From the human T2T-CHM13v2.0 reference genome, Homo sapiens, in assembly GCF_009914755.1 (NCBI RefSeq), contig NC_060930.1: a stretch of DNA of 64,000 bases. One strand, written 5' to 3'. The first letter of the stretch is position 1. Every line of letters starts with the position of its first letter. The translations under genes were made by a program, and so were the position numbers. Shown piece after piece: positions 13,025 through 28,204 of the stretch. The notes below the pieces were generated by a model. The model was not told the origin of the DNA. It saw nothing but the letters and a program-made list of their open reading frames with translations, and made no database searches.

Positions 13025-13933
13025 TGTATAATTATACCTCAGTAAAGTTAATTTTAAAAAGAAAAAAGTAAAAGGAACTATTTAACATAGCACATCTTGA
13101 TTTTGTTAGGCATATGTGTATTATCGCATGTGTTTTTAAATTAAGTATAACTTGCCTGGCTTTGTGTGTAATTAAACAAATTGAAAACTATCAGAAGGAG
13201 AGCAAATAAAGGAAATAAATATGACATTTTAACATGGTGGATCTAAAGAATTCCTAGACAGCCACCAGGTCTATCTCTAGCATTCATACATTTCTTCATA
13301 TATTAATTCATTAAACATTGGAACACTTACCATGTGTCAGGGACTGCGCCATACATGATGACTCTGTCTTTAAGATTTTACAATACACTGGAAAGACAAA
13401 CAATAATTACACTATAACATTATATATGGGGCTATATAAAAAATGCTGTGGGTACATAAATGTTGGGGCCACTGGTGGCTTGATTTCAGCATTTAGCCAA
13501 ATAGTATCATACGCAGATTTCAAATCAGAAGTTCTAGAGAATAAAATGAGATTAAAACCTGACCTACATTACTTTTAAGTTAAAAAAAAGTATGTGGAAT
13601 AATTTTTCCTGGGATGAGGGACGCAGGGTTGGAGAAATGCAAAGAAAAAGCAATTTATGGCCCTTGAATTTGGATTCATTTTGTTTGTATATTTTTTCTT
13701 AGAAGTTTATAGTAATTCATTACACTGCTTTTCAAATAGATTTGATGAACATTTGTGATAAAGACACAAAAAGATGTCAGATTTGTGAGTTGTCAAATCA
13801 AGTCCAAATTAATCTTGAAAAAACTACCCATTTCTTCTCAATATCCATGAAAAAAAGAAATACAGATACCAGCACTGAGGGGAAATAAAATGGTTTTATC
13901 TCATTTTATATGGGGAAGAAATAACATTTATTG

Positions 13934-14246
13934 GGCCGGGCGCTGTGGCTCATGCCTGTAATCCTAGCACTTTAGGAGGCCAAGGCGGGCAGATCACGAG
14001 ATCAGGAGATCGAGACCATCCTGGCTAACACAGTGAAACCCCGTCTCTACTAAAAATACAAAAAATTAGCCGGGCGTGGTGGTGGCCGCCTGTAGTCCCA
14101 GATACTCAGGAGGCTGAGGCAGGAGAATGGCGTGAACCCGGGAGGCAGAGCTTGCAGTGAGCTGAGATCACGCCACTGCACTCCAGTCTGGGCGACAGAG
14201 CAAGACTCCGTCTCAAAAAAAAAAAAAAGAAAAGAAAAGAAAAAAG
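13934..14246 (+). mobile_element. AluY
   Basis: AluY diagnostics; TSD AAGAAATA(A)CATTTATT. Confidence 0.93.
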
Positions 14247-14689
14247 AAATACATTTATTTAGAACACATTAACTGGGATAAACAGACAAAAGCATAGTTA
14301 GAGGAGTTTTTTTTTTGTAAAATTTAAGATAAAGGGGTAAAACTTAGTGGGCAGGAATTATTACAGGATAGTTTTAAAGAGAGAAACAATCTGATTTATG
14401 AGAAGTTAAGAAATACTGTTTAAATTAGAAGGAAATGTAGATAGAAATGTCCAGGAAGATGGATTCTACTTTAAATGTGAGTAAAATGAGGCTGGGAACC
14501 ATGGCTAAAAATTAAATCAGGGTTCAACGAAAACATTTTCACAGGATTTGGAAAATAAGTTAGCATCACGTATGATGCTTCTGCTTCAAAGTGGTAAGTT
14601 TGCTACTTACATGAACAAAAAGGTGACATAGTTGTTTTTTATTGTGTATTTTTATCTTATTTTATTTAACCTTTCCTTTTCGGTATCTT

Positions 14690-15720
14690 TCAAGCATTTT
14701 GAATTCTACGTGTTCAAAATGGAGCTCATCAATTTCCCATGCAAAACTAATTTTCCTCTGGACTTAATCTATTGTGATGAATTATAACACTATCTAGTCA
14801 TCTAGATGCCAAAATGTTCTTTTGTCTTTTCAATTCCCTATATTAAATTATTTGCCTAGTTGTGCAGGTTCTCTTTGTCTAAGCCATCTTTCCTTCCTTC
14901 CCATTTCCGCAGTCACTACCCTGATCTTGGTCTCTGTTGCTCCTTGCCTGGGCCCACAGAGCCTGTCTCACATTGTGCATGGTTAATAATGTTACTCTTG
15001 ATAGCCAGGCCTAATTATATCACTTCCTGATATGGCTTGGCTGTGTCCCCACCCAAATCTCATCTTGAATTGTAGTTCCCATAATCTCCATGTGTCGTGG
15101 GAGGGACCTGGTGGAAGGTAAACGAATCATGGGGTCAGTTACCCTCATGCTGTTGTTCTCATGATAGTAAGTGAGTTCTCACAAGAACTGATGGTTTCAT
15201 AAGAGGCTTTTCCCTCTTTTGCTCCTTTTTCTCCTTCCTGCCACCATGTAAAGAAGAACATGTTAGCTTTCCATTCTGCCATGATTGCAAGTTTCCTGAG
15301 GCCTCCCAGCCATGCTGAACTGTGAGTCAATTAAACTTCTTTCCTTTATAAATTACCCAGTCTTGGGTATGTGTTCATCAGCAGCTTGAGAATGGACTAG
15401 TACACTTCCCCTGCTCCAACCATTTTCATGACTTCTCATGACTTCAGAATCTACTCAGGAGTTCAAGGTTGCCATAATTTACCTACCATCTACTTTCCAA
15501 AGTTTATTTTCAATGACTTCCTTATAGTCTTCTTACATTCTAATAAAACTGGCCTTTCCACTGATGCCCTGACACAACACCTGCTTTTCCATCTTCATAT
15601 CTTTGCAATTGTGTTTGCGGTGCATGGAATATCCTCCCTTTCCTCCTCTATCCCATATGCCCTAACCTATCTTCATCCCTCTGTAAAGATCTCTGGTACA
15701 TCAAATTCTTAGGGCCTTTT
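14690..15720. mobile_element. L2 fragment interrupted by a THE1 LTR
   Basis: L2-like pyrimidine-rich sequence on both sides of the LTR; boundaries approximate. Confidence 0.5.
15028..15404 (+). mobile_element. THE1 (C/D-like) MaLR solo LTR
   Basis: TGATATGGCTTGGCTGTGTCCCCACCCAAATCTCATCTTGAATTGTAG...GAATGGACTAGTACA; perfect 5-bp TSD CTTCC (15023-15027, 15405-15409). Confidence 0.93.
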
Positions 15721-18700
15721 CTCTTGTTTAAACTTTTACAATACTTTTGTATTTTTGTGCTGCATCCTTTCTGTTACAAGAACATATAATTTTAATTTTC
15801 TGTACTACATTACAGCACTTTCCAGAGCAGGAATTTGTATATTACTCATATTTATGGCTCTTTAATCAATAATTAGTAAAAAAGCAAAGTATTATTTTTT
15901 AAAATATCATGTATTTTATGATTTATTCAAATTTTAAAATTTGAGATGTATCAGTTCCTAATGAAAAGTACTATACAACAAAATGAAAATTACTCTCTAG
16001 TATTTTCTCTAGGCCCCATGTATCAAGATCAGGTTGTAAATAAAGAATATTTTTACTGCAAATAAAGCAGCAACCTCTTCAGGTTCAGCTTGGAGAAATC
16101 TGAATTATTCCCACACAAGTAGCCACATAAATAAATCTTATCTGCACCTTGACACAATGTGTTTAACAAACGTCAATTAAACACAGCTGGTTTCTTCTCA
16201 GTCAGAGAAATTAAGGTGCAAATAAAAGAAGACATCGTATATAGATACATATTGTAGTTAGCCTTGTTCTAAGATTATTAAAAATAGGTCTTAAGGTGCT
16301 TTCTATTCAGTAAAATTAATACCTCTCATTTAATTTTTAAAGTAAAAAATTATGTTCAGTGAATTTTTACTGAAATTATTTCATCACTATTTTTATATTT
16401 GACCTGTGTTGCTAGTTTGATATATAAAAGCATTTAAAATTTGTTTTTCTATCTTCAAAAAAACTAGAAAGTTCTATGTGAATGTAGTCAAATTCAAACA
16501 TATTTGCTTGAGGATTCTTTAGGCAGAAATGTTTCACGTGGAGTCTAAGCATGCAAACATTTTCTACTATCTTAAATTATAAATTACAGAAAACAAATAA
16601 AGCTCTAGAAATTGGAACTTGGTTGATTTTGATGGGAAACTGGGACCTCTGGAAAATGATGTTGGCATCTAATGATGTTATTTGTTTTTATCTATTATAT
16701 TAAATAAAGGTAATTGCTAAGCTTATTGCCCATTAGTATGTTATTCATTAAGTGAACTATTAAAATACATTTCACCTATGTTATGCTTTTTCTCATTCTC
16801 TTCTTCTGTAAAGATTAACTGGCTTTTTCCTTAGCATAATATTAAAGTGAATTGTTTGCCTACATAGGGTTTGCCCCATCTCAGATTGTAAAGCCTCCCT
16901 GAACACTAGGCTTTTCAGGCTGCTGAAACTTGGGGACTGGTTTTATCCTGTATCATATCTATATGCACTATACACTACAAGCAGCAGAAAATATATTATT
17001 TTGTCTTGTATCTTCTTAGTTCCCAGCATACCACCTTCCCCCCACCAACTTTTAAAAAAGATTGAATCTGTTTTAGTGAGCCTCCAGAATGAAATGTTAA
17101 TGGATAAACGAAACAGGAAGGGTTGTTTGTTTTTACCAAATTGCACTGAATACCTTGTCTGACATAACCTGTGGTCAATCTTTTCTTTTACACCCTCTAG
17201 AAAACATGTGAGTCATAGTTGATGGGGAAACAGTCATTATCATCAATTCTTGTCTGTGCTACCACTAGGTGGATGGTGCAGATTCTGTATTACAGACTGT
17301 AGCCTGCCAAATACCCAGGATCTTCCATCAATCACAGGCTGGAGATATACCTCGAGTCCCACCAGAGCCAGGGACTTTTAGTTATTGCACAGGCGGAATA
17401 TCAACTAACTCTTCAAATAGCTCTAGTAATTTTGTGGAAATAAAAATTTAACTACTGCGTCACACTGTGATTTGGAAGAATTTAACCATTATAATACCAT
17501 CATCATTTTTCTACATAGAGGACAGAATAGATGTTTCAGGTCTGAAGCAATTTCTTGGTATTGCAATGTAAGATTTCCTGGGAAATGTTGGTTTCAATGT
17601 AGAGAATTTCTTCCTACTTTATCAGTCATCTCGAAGTTGTTTTTGTTATAACATTTCTTTTACAATATAAGACTATCCTTTCCATCTTGACTTATGATTG
17701 TTAGTTATTATTAAAACTAGGCATTGTTAAGCATGAAAAGCTGAAAAGAAAATAAGAATTAATGCAAATTACTTGGTCAGAGAGCCTCACAAAGGACTTA
17801 AATAGATTTGGAATGAAAAATAGCAAGACTAGGTTAATTTAAATAACTTGCCATATAAATGTTGGAAAGCAATTACCAAAATCCCTAAAATTTTAAGCAT
17901 CAAGATTAAAGGTTTAAAATTAATTCATTTTCTCTTACACAAACATAATCCTCCTTTTAACGTGCTTTGTTCTTTTAATTCTGTGATTTACCTAGGTGCA
18001 TTTGCATTTATTGTATTTTTTTTTCTGTTTTTCTTCCTTATGATGTCTTAATCTCCTTTGTGGGCAGGGACCATTAAAAATCTTTAATTGTGCCAGATGT
18101 CTCTGACTACCGAGTCAACATTCACTGATTGAGCCATGAAGATTGAGCTATGATGATACTGCCATCTTTCTATCCATTACAAATGTAAAGTTTTTTTCTA
18201 GCTTTCTATCTCTATGGGCAAGTGTGGTCTGAATGGAAGGTGAGCAATGAGTGTAGGTGTGGGATATGACATCATTTTAATTTTTTAAGTGTTTATGTTC
18301 TCTTACAAATTTATACTGCAGAGATGGTCTTTTACCACTATGAGCCATATAACGTGATGTACATAGCAGTTGCTTGAAAAACATTTGCACTTCTTGATGA
18401 TAGATGAGGACTTTGTAGTTGCTTATTTTTTGTCATCTTTATGGAACTAACATGGTAACAGTTATATCCTAATAGAAAAAAGTTAAAGTCCTAAAATCAT
18501 CCAGGTCATTCTTAAGCAGGGCTGGAATGTCTCAGAATTTAGTAGCTATTCTTCACCAAGCAGAACTTAGTCATACCACTGTGGACTTCCCTTATTTTCT
18601 CCTATTTGCCACAAAAAAAGCAAGTGAAATAATGTAAGAGAGGGATAAGGAGATGTGGCTACTGTTTAACAACCCATCCAGTTGTTGGCTCGTGGCTTTC

Positions 18701-19074
18701 ATCCAGATGAGAATGATTAGGAATGACTCCAAAGGCCAAAAAATGTTTATATTCCATAATGTGACATTAAACATTTCTGAATCCAAAGTCTGAATTTTAT
18801 TTTTCTCAAAAGCCATTTGCACTAATGTTTGTATTATAAACATGTCCCTCAAAGAGGTTGAGCTAGAAATGGTATTATCTGATGGAGGGGCTAGACATAT
18901 AGATATGTAACCAGTTATCTTTTCTATCCTATGTTCTTATAACAGAAGCTACCTTCTTTGAAGCTGTGTTGAGGTGTTGATAGAAAGTGCATTTCTTTTG
19001 TACTGCTTGTGATAAAGGAACTCATGGCCAGGTTAATATTACATATAAACATGTTTAAGTACAGACTGTAATAG

Positions 19075-19185
19075 AGGCTCCACGAGGTCAGGGATTTTTG
19101 TGTTTTTTTGTTCTCTTATGTATCCCAAGACCTAAAACAGTACCTAACACATAGTAATTACTAAGGAAATAGTTACTGAATGAAA
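19075..19185 (+). mobile_element. L2 3' tail
   Basis: GCTCCACGAGGTCAGGGATTTTTGT...ACAGTACCTAACACATAGTA...TGAATGAA. Confidence 0.65.
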
Positions 19186-21104
19186 GACTAGAATATGGTC
19201 ACATTATTCTTGCATTTTGTTTTCTTTGGCTATGCAAGTTGTATCATATTTTCCTGTTTTCATAATCATCTTCTGAATATTGATTAATACTTAGTCATAT
19301 GAAGAAATATTAATATAAGATATAGAATAGTCTTAACAATCAAGATAGAAAAAACATTTATACCCCAAGTGTTTTCTTTCTTTTCCTTTTTTCTATTTAT
19401 CTTAAATAGGTTGATTATGTTTTGATTTCATTGTATAATACACTGTTGAGGTCAAACAAACGAAGCTTTAGTGAAGATTATTTTGAAAGAAACAATAGAG
19501 CATTTAATAATTTTATTTGCAAAATATATTTCAGAAACATTTTATTTCTAGCCTTAAACAGAAATCTTAATAATATCTTCTACATTATGCAGGCAGCAAA
19601 CTGTGAGATAGGCATGCCCAAGCATTTCTAGGGAAGGACTTATACATTCTTAATAGCAATTTTAATTGTTCCCAGAATTGAGAATTTTTATTCTAATAAT
19701 GACATGGGTAATATGCCAATAAGATACATATTAAAGGTGAGACCTAAAATTCATCTTGCAAAATAAAATTATTCACAAATGACTTTCTGAAATACCTCTT
19801 TAGGATTCTTCTTTGCTTTCCAGGCTGTTCCACGAAATTTTTGCTGCTATTACTTTAGTATGCTACTACACCCCTTCCCACTGCTTACTTTAAGAAAATC
19901 CCCTCACACTGAATACGCACATATACATTTTGTAATGTTAATTCTAGTCTGTCTTTTCAGTTATCTTCTTGGCACAAATATCACCTCTAATAAACACCAT
20001 TAATCATAATGATGGTATTAATATCAATAACAATGATTACCCATTCTAGATTAGTTTATTCATTTTCATTGACTTAAAATGATTACTTCTTGACTTGAGA
20101 GGTAAGTAGTTCCTTAGAGACCTCTGAGACTAGTGAGAATAGAGCAAAGAGGCCAACTGTTAGGCTTGTCAGACTTCCTTTTTTATGCTGGGCTATGCCC
20201 CTTTTCGCAGTTTCACTTGGATGAAGAACTGGAGATTTAGTAGTTAGTGTCTTTGCAGTGTGGGAGTGTCTAACTTGGGAAGTCATAGAAGAATGAGGGA
20301 AAGTCTTATCTATTTATTTCTCTGGTATTTTTCTGGTAGCTGAATTGATTTAATTTTACCCGTGAGAGATTACACATCATTAAGGATTGTGAGTGAGGCA
20401 AATGGCTATTTAAAGGTTGACAGTGTGAAAAAACTAATTAAAACATGCACAGTCTAATCAGAAAGAAAATATATGAGAAAAGGGGAGAATGTAAAAATGG
20501 TTAAGTTATTAAGCATGCACAAGATCTCAGGATAGTATCTCCATCTTATTGCTACATATTTCACCAAATAAGGATTATTTTTTTCTTATCTCATGGTAAC
20601 ATCAAATGAATAAGTTCAAATTTACATCTACAAACCAGAGATTAAATATGTCAATAAAAAAGTGAAATATCTGTTGGAAATGATAATCATAAATTAAGTA
20701 AGCCATAAATAGAATTTCAATGAGGTGTTTTGATTTGTGTGAATGAATTCATTAAATAAATATTATAGCAGCAAGTTAGAGGCCTGTAATATACTGACTA
20801 ACTACCTAGTGGGATTCTTTTCCACTGCATTCCAAATTTATAAGAAATATGCAAAAATTAAGTAAAGAAATAGGTCTCAGAGATTATTAACTTTTATGTC
20901 ATGTAGACTTAAATGCAGTTTTAATGAACAGAACTGAAGAAAAATTGAATTATATTTACCATTTTTTATGCTTAGAAAAGTGGCTTCAATTTATTAAGAA
21001 AGAATCTTGAAATGGAAGATTGAAACTAAGTATGAATTGTCTGTTTAATTTACTGTTATCTCAAAATATTAAATTTATTAAATACTGTATTCACAAAGTG
21101 TTAC

Positions 21105-21589
21105 TGAGATAGGACGTGGGATGCAACTGTGGAGGGGCTCAGACACTGGGACACAATGGGGACTAGGTAAAACAGGGATGGGGCAGAAACATCTCTCCAT
21201 AAGACAAGCCCACCAATGTGCCATGTCAGTTTACCATTGCCATGGCAACATCTGTAAGTTACTGCCCCTTTCCATGTCAATAACCTAACAGCATGAAAGT
21301 TACCACTCTTTTTCTAGAAATTTCTGCATAATCTGTCCCTTAATTTGCATATAATTAAAAGTGGGTATACATATGACTGCAGGACTGCCTCTGAGCTGCT
21401 ATTCTGGGCACACTGCATATAGGATAGCCGTACTCTCCAAGAAACAGCACCTCCGCTGCTGCTGTATGCTGTCACTTCAATAAAAGTTGGTGTCTAACAC
21501 CACCAGCTCACCCTTGAATGTTTTCCTTAGCAAAGCCAAGAACCCTCCTGGGCTAAGCCCCAATTTTAAGACTTGTCTGCCCTGCACCT
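21105..21589 (+). mobile_element. MER41-family (C-like) ERV1 solo LTR
   Basis: CAGTTTACCATTGCCATGGCAAC and terminal GCCAAGAACCCTCCTGGGCTAAGCCCCAATTTT; AATAAA at 21479-21484; probable 4-bp TSD TTAC/TTAT. Confidence 0.85.
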
Positions 21590-22223
21590 TTATGATCAAT
21601 GCAAGAGTCTCCTGTACAATAAGGTATACAAATAGCAGCAGATGGTCTACTGAATAATTGAACATCTTTCAACTTCACTTGGCCTGTTAGGACTACCCTT
21701 CACCTGGTACTTTTCTAACAGTTGACTTAGTTGTTGGGCTAAAGCTAAAAGGGGCCAGAGATAATTTTAATTTCTTTTCTCTCTCACTGGAATAGAGGTC
21801 TCACAAGGTCAAGGCTCCACAAGGCTCAGTGCTAAAGGAGAGGAATCTTAAAAATGGTAAAAATTGTTATAGTTTTCTTTTTGGTCTTTAATAAGATTAA
21901 ATTCAACAGTCTAAAGCTAAAGAAACATTAAGTCTATAGAAGTGAAATTAATTATGTAAGTGAACACTGCAAATTATTGAAAAAACAATAGTTAAAACCT
22001 AATTTCTTTACTTCTGGTCCAATGTTCTTTCCATGCCACTATCCTGCTTCCTCCAAGCATTTTGTTACAAAATTTTTTAAAATGTGCAACAATATATTTT
22101 CTTGAATTATCCAGAACGGTTATTCCTAATGTGTTTGGGGTGTTATTACTTACGTGTTATGTTAATTATGCTGAACCTTTGTAAAATGTATGTATAACTT
22201 GTTTTTCTCTTTCTCTCTCTTAG

Positions 22224-22310
22224 GTTTTTCTTTCGTTTAAAGATGACACACTCTGAAATTAATTTGATTTTGAGATTTGAGAACTTGGACATACATACTT
22301 CCTATGGAAG
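22224..22310 (+). other. PKIB: 87-nt internal exon, probably a 5'-UTR exon of upstream-promoter transcripts
   Basis: Strong acceptor TTTTTCTCTTTCTCTCTCTTAG| and donor AAG|GTAACA. Gene assignment is unverified recall of PKIB having several non-coding 5' exons. Confidence 0.6.
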
Positions 22311-23331
22311 GTAACATCTTTTTGGTAGTGATCACGTTTTGTCATGTTTATGTGCCTAGCAGCTAATAGAATGCCTGGTGCATAATAAACATTCCCATAA
22401 CTGAATTAAACAAGTTGATACAATTGACATGTTTTGTGAAATCTTGCTTTAAAAATCATCTACTCAAGAGAGTGCTTCAAGTTTCCACTTTGTGTGGGTA
22501 GACACTGTCTAAATTGAAAGTAAACTGTGATCTGTTGAACCAAGGATGGCATTATCAAACTTATTTATGGTTCTGTCCTGGTTAGGTTTTTCATTATTTG
22601 TGTTGTGATTGTTAAGTGCAGTCTTGATACCATCATATGATTTTTCTCATTTTAATGTAACTATATTTTCTATAATTTATTCCCATCTGTCCTTTCAGCT
22701 GACTGATAATTCCACATTACAAATTACGTTGTCTTTATTTTGATTCATGTTTTTGTCCTCATATAGTCCTTTTGCCTTTGATGCTACTACAACTTCAAAG
22801 AGAGTTTAAATAAATGAAGAGAATGTGTAGGCTCAGTGCTAAAGAGCAGAAATCTTGAAAAATGTGGATTAAAAAATGGTTATATTTTTCTCTTCAGTCT
22901 TTACTGAGTATTAAATTCACCAAAGTCTCTTTTTGAGAAAGTCCTTTCCCTGTACTTCCCCTCTACTGACCCCTTCTTTATTTCGCATGTGTGTGTACTC
23001 CTTATAATTGATGATATAGCCAAGGGAAGGGCTTATGTTTAGGCAGACAACGGAGCAGATGGGTCTTAAACAGATTTGGGAAGCTAGAATCTGGAGAACA
23101 TAAGAAACAACTCCAAGAACTCTCTCAGTACTGGGCACTGCATTTCCAGGAAATTACAGCTTTAGGGCCACAGAAAATATATTAAGCAACTGTTATAACA
23201 AATTTCCCTCTGCCTCCACCTGGGTGGGGTGGTAGGAGGGAGCGATAACTTCACTCCAGTATATAATGTTTGCAGAGAAGGGTACCAAGCAGCCTCTTTA
23301 TTAAATAAAACAAACTAAATAAGCAATGTGG

Positions 23332-24903
<1,572 letters not shown>

Positions 24904-25389
24904 TTTTTTGTAGTTTTTTAAAAAATCACACATTTTGCAGCCTTCGTGTATTTGTATAAATATCTGTTTACACATTGCTTTGTTTTCTGGTATTATTTCT
25001 TGTTAATTCCTTAAGGAAACATTGTAGACTCTTATATATGCCTTGTATATTCTTGTTCAGTGAATGAATAACTTAAGAACAGAAATATGTCATGTAGATA
25101 TATAAATTTCTGAGAAATAATCTAGTCCTATCTCCAAATTACTGAAGACAAAGAAACAGAAACTTGGAGAGGCTGCACAACTTCTAATCAGCAGCAGAAA
25201 GGGTTAGTCTTGGTTTCTTTTGATTCCCACTGCAATGTGTTTTCCATCAGAAAAATACAACTGCTGCCAAACTGATAGACTTCCTATAACTCTAGACTAC
25301 AGGATTGAAGAGGTTGTTATTTTAGTGCTGAGCCTTTATGACCTAATATAACTTCCTAGCACAGGAATATCTCTTCAACTAAGATGTAT

Positions 25390-25890
25390 GCCACAACCTA
25401 GAAATTTTACTTCTCAATATCTACCCTAGAGTAATGCATGTTTATAAGGATTCATAAAAAAGGATGTTGCAGCAATGTTTGTAATAATAAAGTTATGGAG
25501 AGAACTTAAATGTTTTTGCGTAGGGGAATGGTTAAATAAATGTTAATATTTTTATTCCATGAAATACTATGCAACAATTTAAAAGAATGAGTCATACCTA
25601 TGTTTGGCAAAAACAGCTGAATTCCAGGATGTTGTATTACAGTGTGTACAACACATAGCCATGTAAAAAGCAATATTATATAATATATCTAGATCCATGT
25701 GATGTGTGTGTAAAAGCATTAACAAAGGGTGGGAATTAAATATGTTAAACTGAGATAGAGATAGTCACCTATGAGGATGGTGGGACTAAAAGTTGAAGGT
25801 GGCTGTCAAAGGTGATTTGATTTCATCTCCATGTCTTAAATTTGTAAAAAAATAAAATGTATTTATAAATGTATCAGTGTAATGTAAAAA
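25390..25890 (+). mobile_element. Old L1M 3' fragment
   Basis: TAGGGGAATGGTTAAATAAA...TTCCATGAAATACTATGCAACAATTTAAAAGAATGAG. Confidence 0.6.
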
Positions 25891-26594
25891 CAAGTTGGTT
25901 AAAGCACATTATCCAATAAAAGCTTAATATGTCCCTGTTTGACATGATCTTAGACTAGGGGCAAGGAGAGAATATGCAGATGTGGGAAAAGAGGTTGTCA
26001 TTCTAGGCCGGCTCATGTTTCACAAAGCAGATAACATAAATAAGTTATTGATATTTCATTATTACAGGAAAAAGAAAATAACAAAGAATAAGGGGGCAGC
26101 AATGAAAGAAGACAGTTAAGGTAGTCACGTTTTTACCAACAGAGCCAATTTAGTTAATAACAGGAAACCAATTTTCTTCAAGTTCAAATAAGTGATCCTC
26201 AAATATTTGCAATGCATAGTCTCTGTTAAAGTTCAGAATTTTCAGTCTTTGGTTATTCTGAAATATATTATCTTTTGATGCTTCTGTGCATAATCATAAT
26301 ATATGTTTTGATATTAATAGAAATCAGAAAAAAATGAGTAAAAATCAGGACAGAACAAAAGGGGGATTTTAAATACACACTTTTGGGAAAACGGTAAAGT
26401 ATTCAGAAATGCCAAATTATTGGTAAGGATGAGTGGTATCTGATTAAAATATTATCTTTCTAAGCTCTGAGCCTGCTGCAGGCAAACATGTCATTTTGAA
26501 ATGATGCCTTATTTATAGGAAGAAGAGCTTCATGAATAGCTATTTTACATAAAAAATCATTCACAGTGAAACTTTGTGAGGTTTATTTATGGGA

Positions 26595-26825
26595 AGCTAT
26601 ATAGTGTGGAGGTTAAGATCACAGGCTCAGATGTATCTAAATTTTGAAACCTGGTTCCACCATTTACAGATTTTAAGATCTTGGGTAAGTTATTTACTCT
26701 ATCTGTACCTCAGTTTACTCTTTTTTTGAAGACAATAATACTGCATACCTCACAGATTGCTCTAAAGAGGTAATAAATGAAGTAATAAAAGAAAAGCAAT
26801 TAGCTCTGCAAGTGCTCAGTAAGCT
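26595..26825 (+). mobile_element. MIR
   Basis: TAGTGTGGAGGTTAAGA...TTGGGTAAGTTATTTACTCTATCTGTACCTCAGTTT. Confidence 0.75.
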
Positions 26826-27497
26826 ACAGAAGAGTTACTTTTTTCTCCCTCCAGTGGAAGTGTATAAATGTAGGCAGACTGCAAAATGATAGCCTTTTAT
26901 TAGTGTTCTGCAAAACAAGGTGTAGATTATTTAGCTCTTTAGTTAACTTGGTGAATATAGACACCAAAGATATGAGAATTTTATCTCCATAGTGCATTTT
27001 TCAAGTTTAGAGAAGGGCAGAACCATCAGATATTTCTCTTGGTCTAGCATGCCCAAGAAAAAAGGGAGAGTTGGAGCAAAGCCAGGGAGAGGCTGGAGAT
27101 AAAGGTGATGGTGGGGAGGTGATGCATGCTTAGCGTGTGGTCCACAGGGCTGCCCTCTGCCCACAAAGGGTAATGACTTCTGTTGGCAAAGATTTGGGAG
27201 AAAAGGGATTGAGATAAAAGTGTAGAAGGTGTCTGCCAATGCTAAATCACTCCACAGTTGTGTGGTTTCTTTAGAATTGCCCTTGCTTATCATGGAGTAT
27301 CTTTCACGAGTTTTGCCTTTTTTTAAAAAAAAAAACAGACAAACAAAAAAACAAACCCTGATTTCAGACATCTGACAGATTATAGTTTATCCACCTATTA
27401 AAGTTATCTCTAAATTAGGAAATTCCACAGGCTCCAGCTTCTCCTTAAAAATTGTATAGCAAGGAAGGTCCCCCCCCACATCTAATTCCTATCTCTC

Positions 27498-27539
27498 GAC
27501 ACACACACACACACACACACACACCCCACATACACACAC
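27498..27539. repeat. (CA)n microsatellite
   Basis: Directly visible. Confidence 0.95.
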
Positions 27540-27984
27540 GTTTTCCCAGATTAGACAAACGTTTTCTAACTATATGCCTTTCCTATGAATAACTGAAGGG
27601 CTACTGGAAGTTACTGATTTTCAGTTTTTTTGCATTGACATACTGATTTCCTCTTCTTCCTTTACTAAAATGGTTAATATCTATTCACCATTCTTTGCAT
27701 AACACCCCATAGATTTGAACGTCTAAGTCAATTGTCAAGGTGTTAGTTGAAGTCCAAGTCAATAATCCAGTATTTTGTTTTGTCCTTTTTAAAAAAGTTA
27801 AATTATATCTTTTCTCTTATCGTTTTCATTCATTTAGCCAATGAGATTATTTTTGTATATTAGACTTCATTCAGTAGAATAGTATTATTCTAATTCAATA
27901 CATTAGTATGATGCTGAGCCAAATCTAAGCATCTTTCATTTTGTAGAAATGTAACCCTTCAGATAAAAATCTGGTTCAAATTGA

Positions 27985-28204
<220 letters not shown>

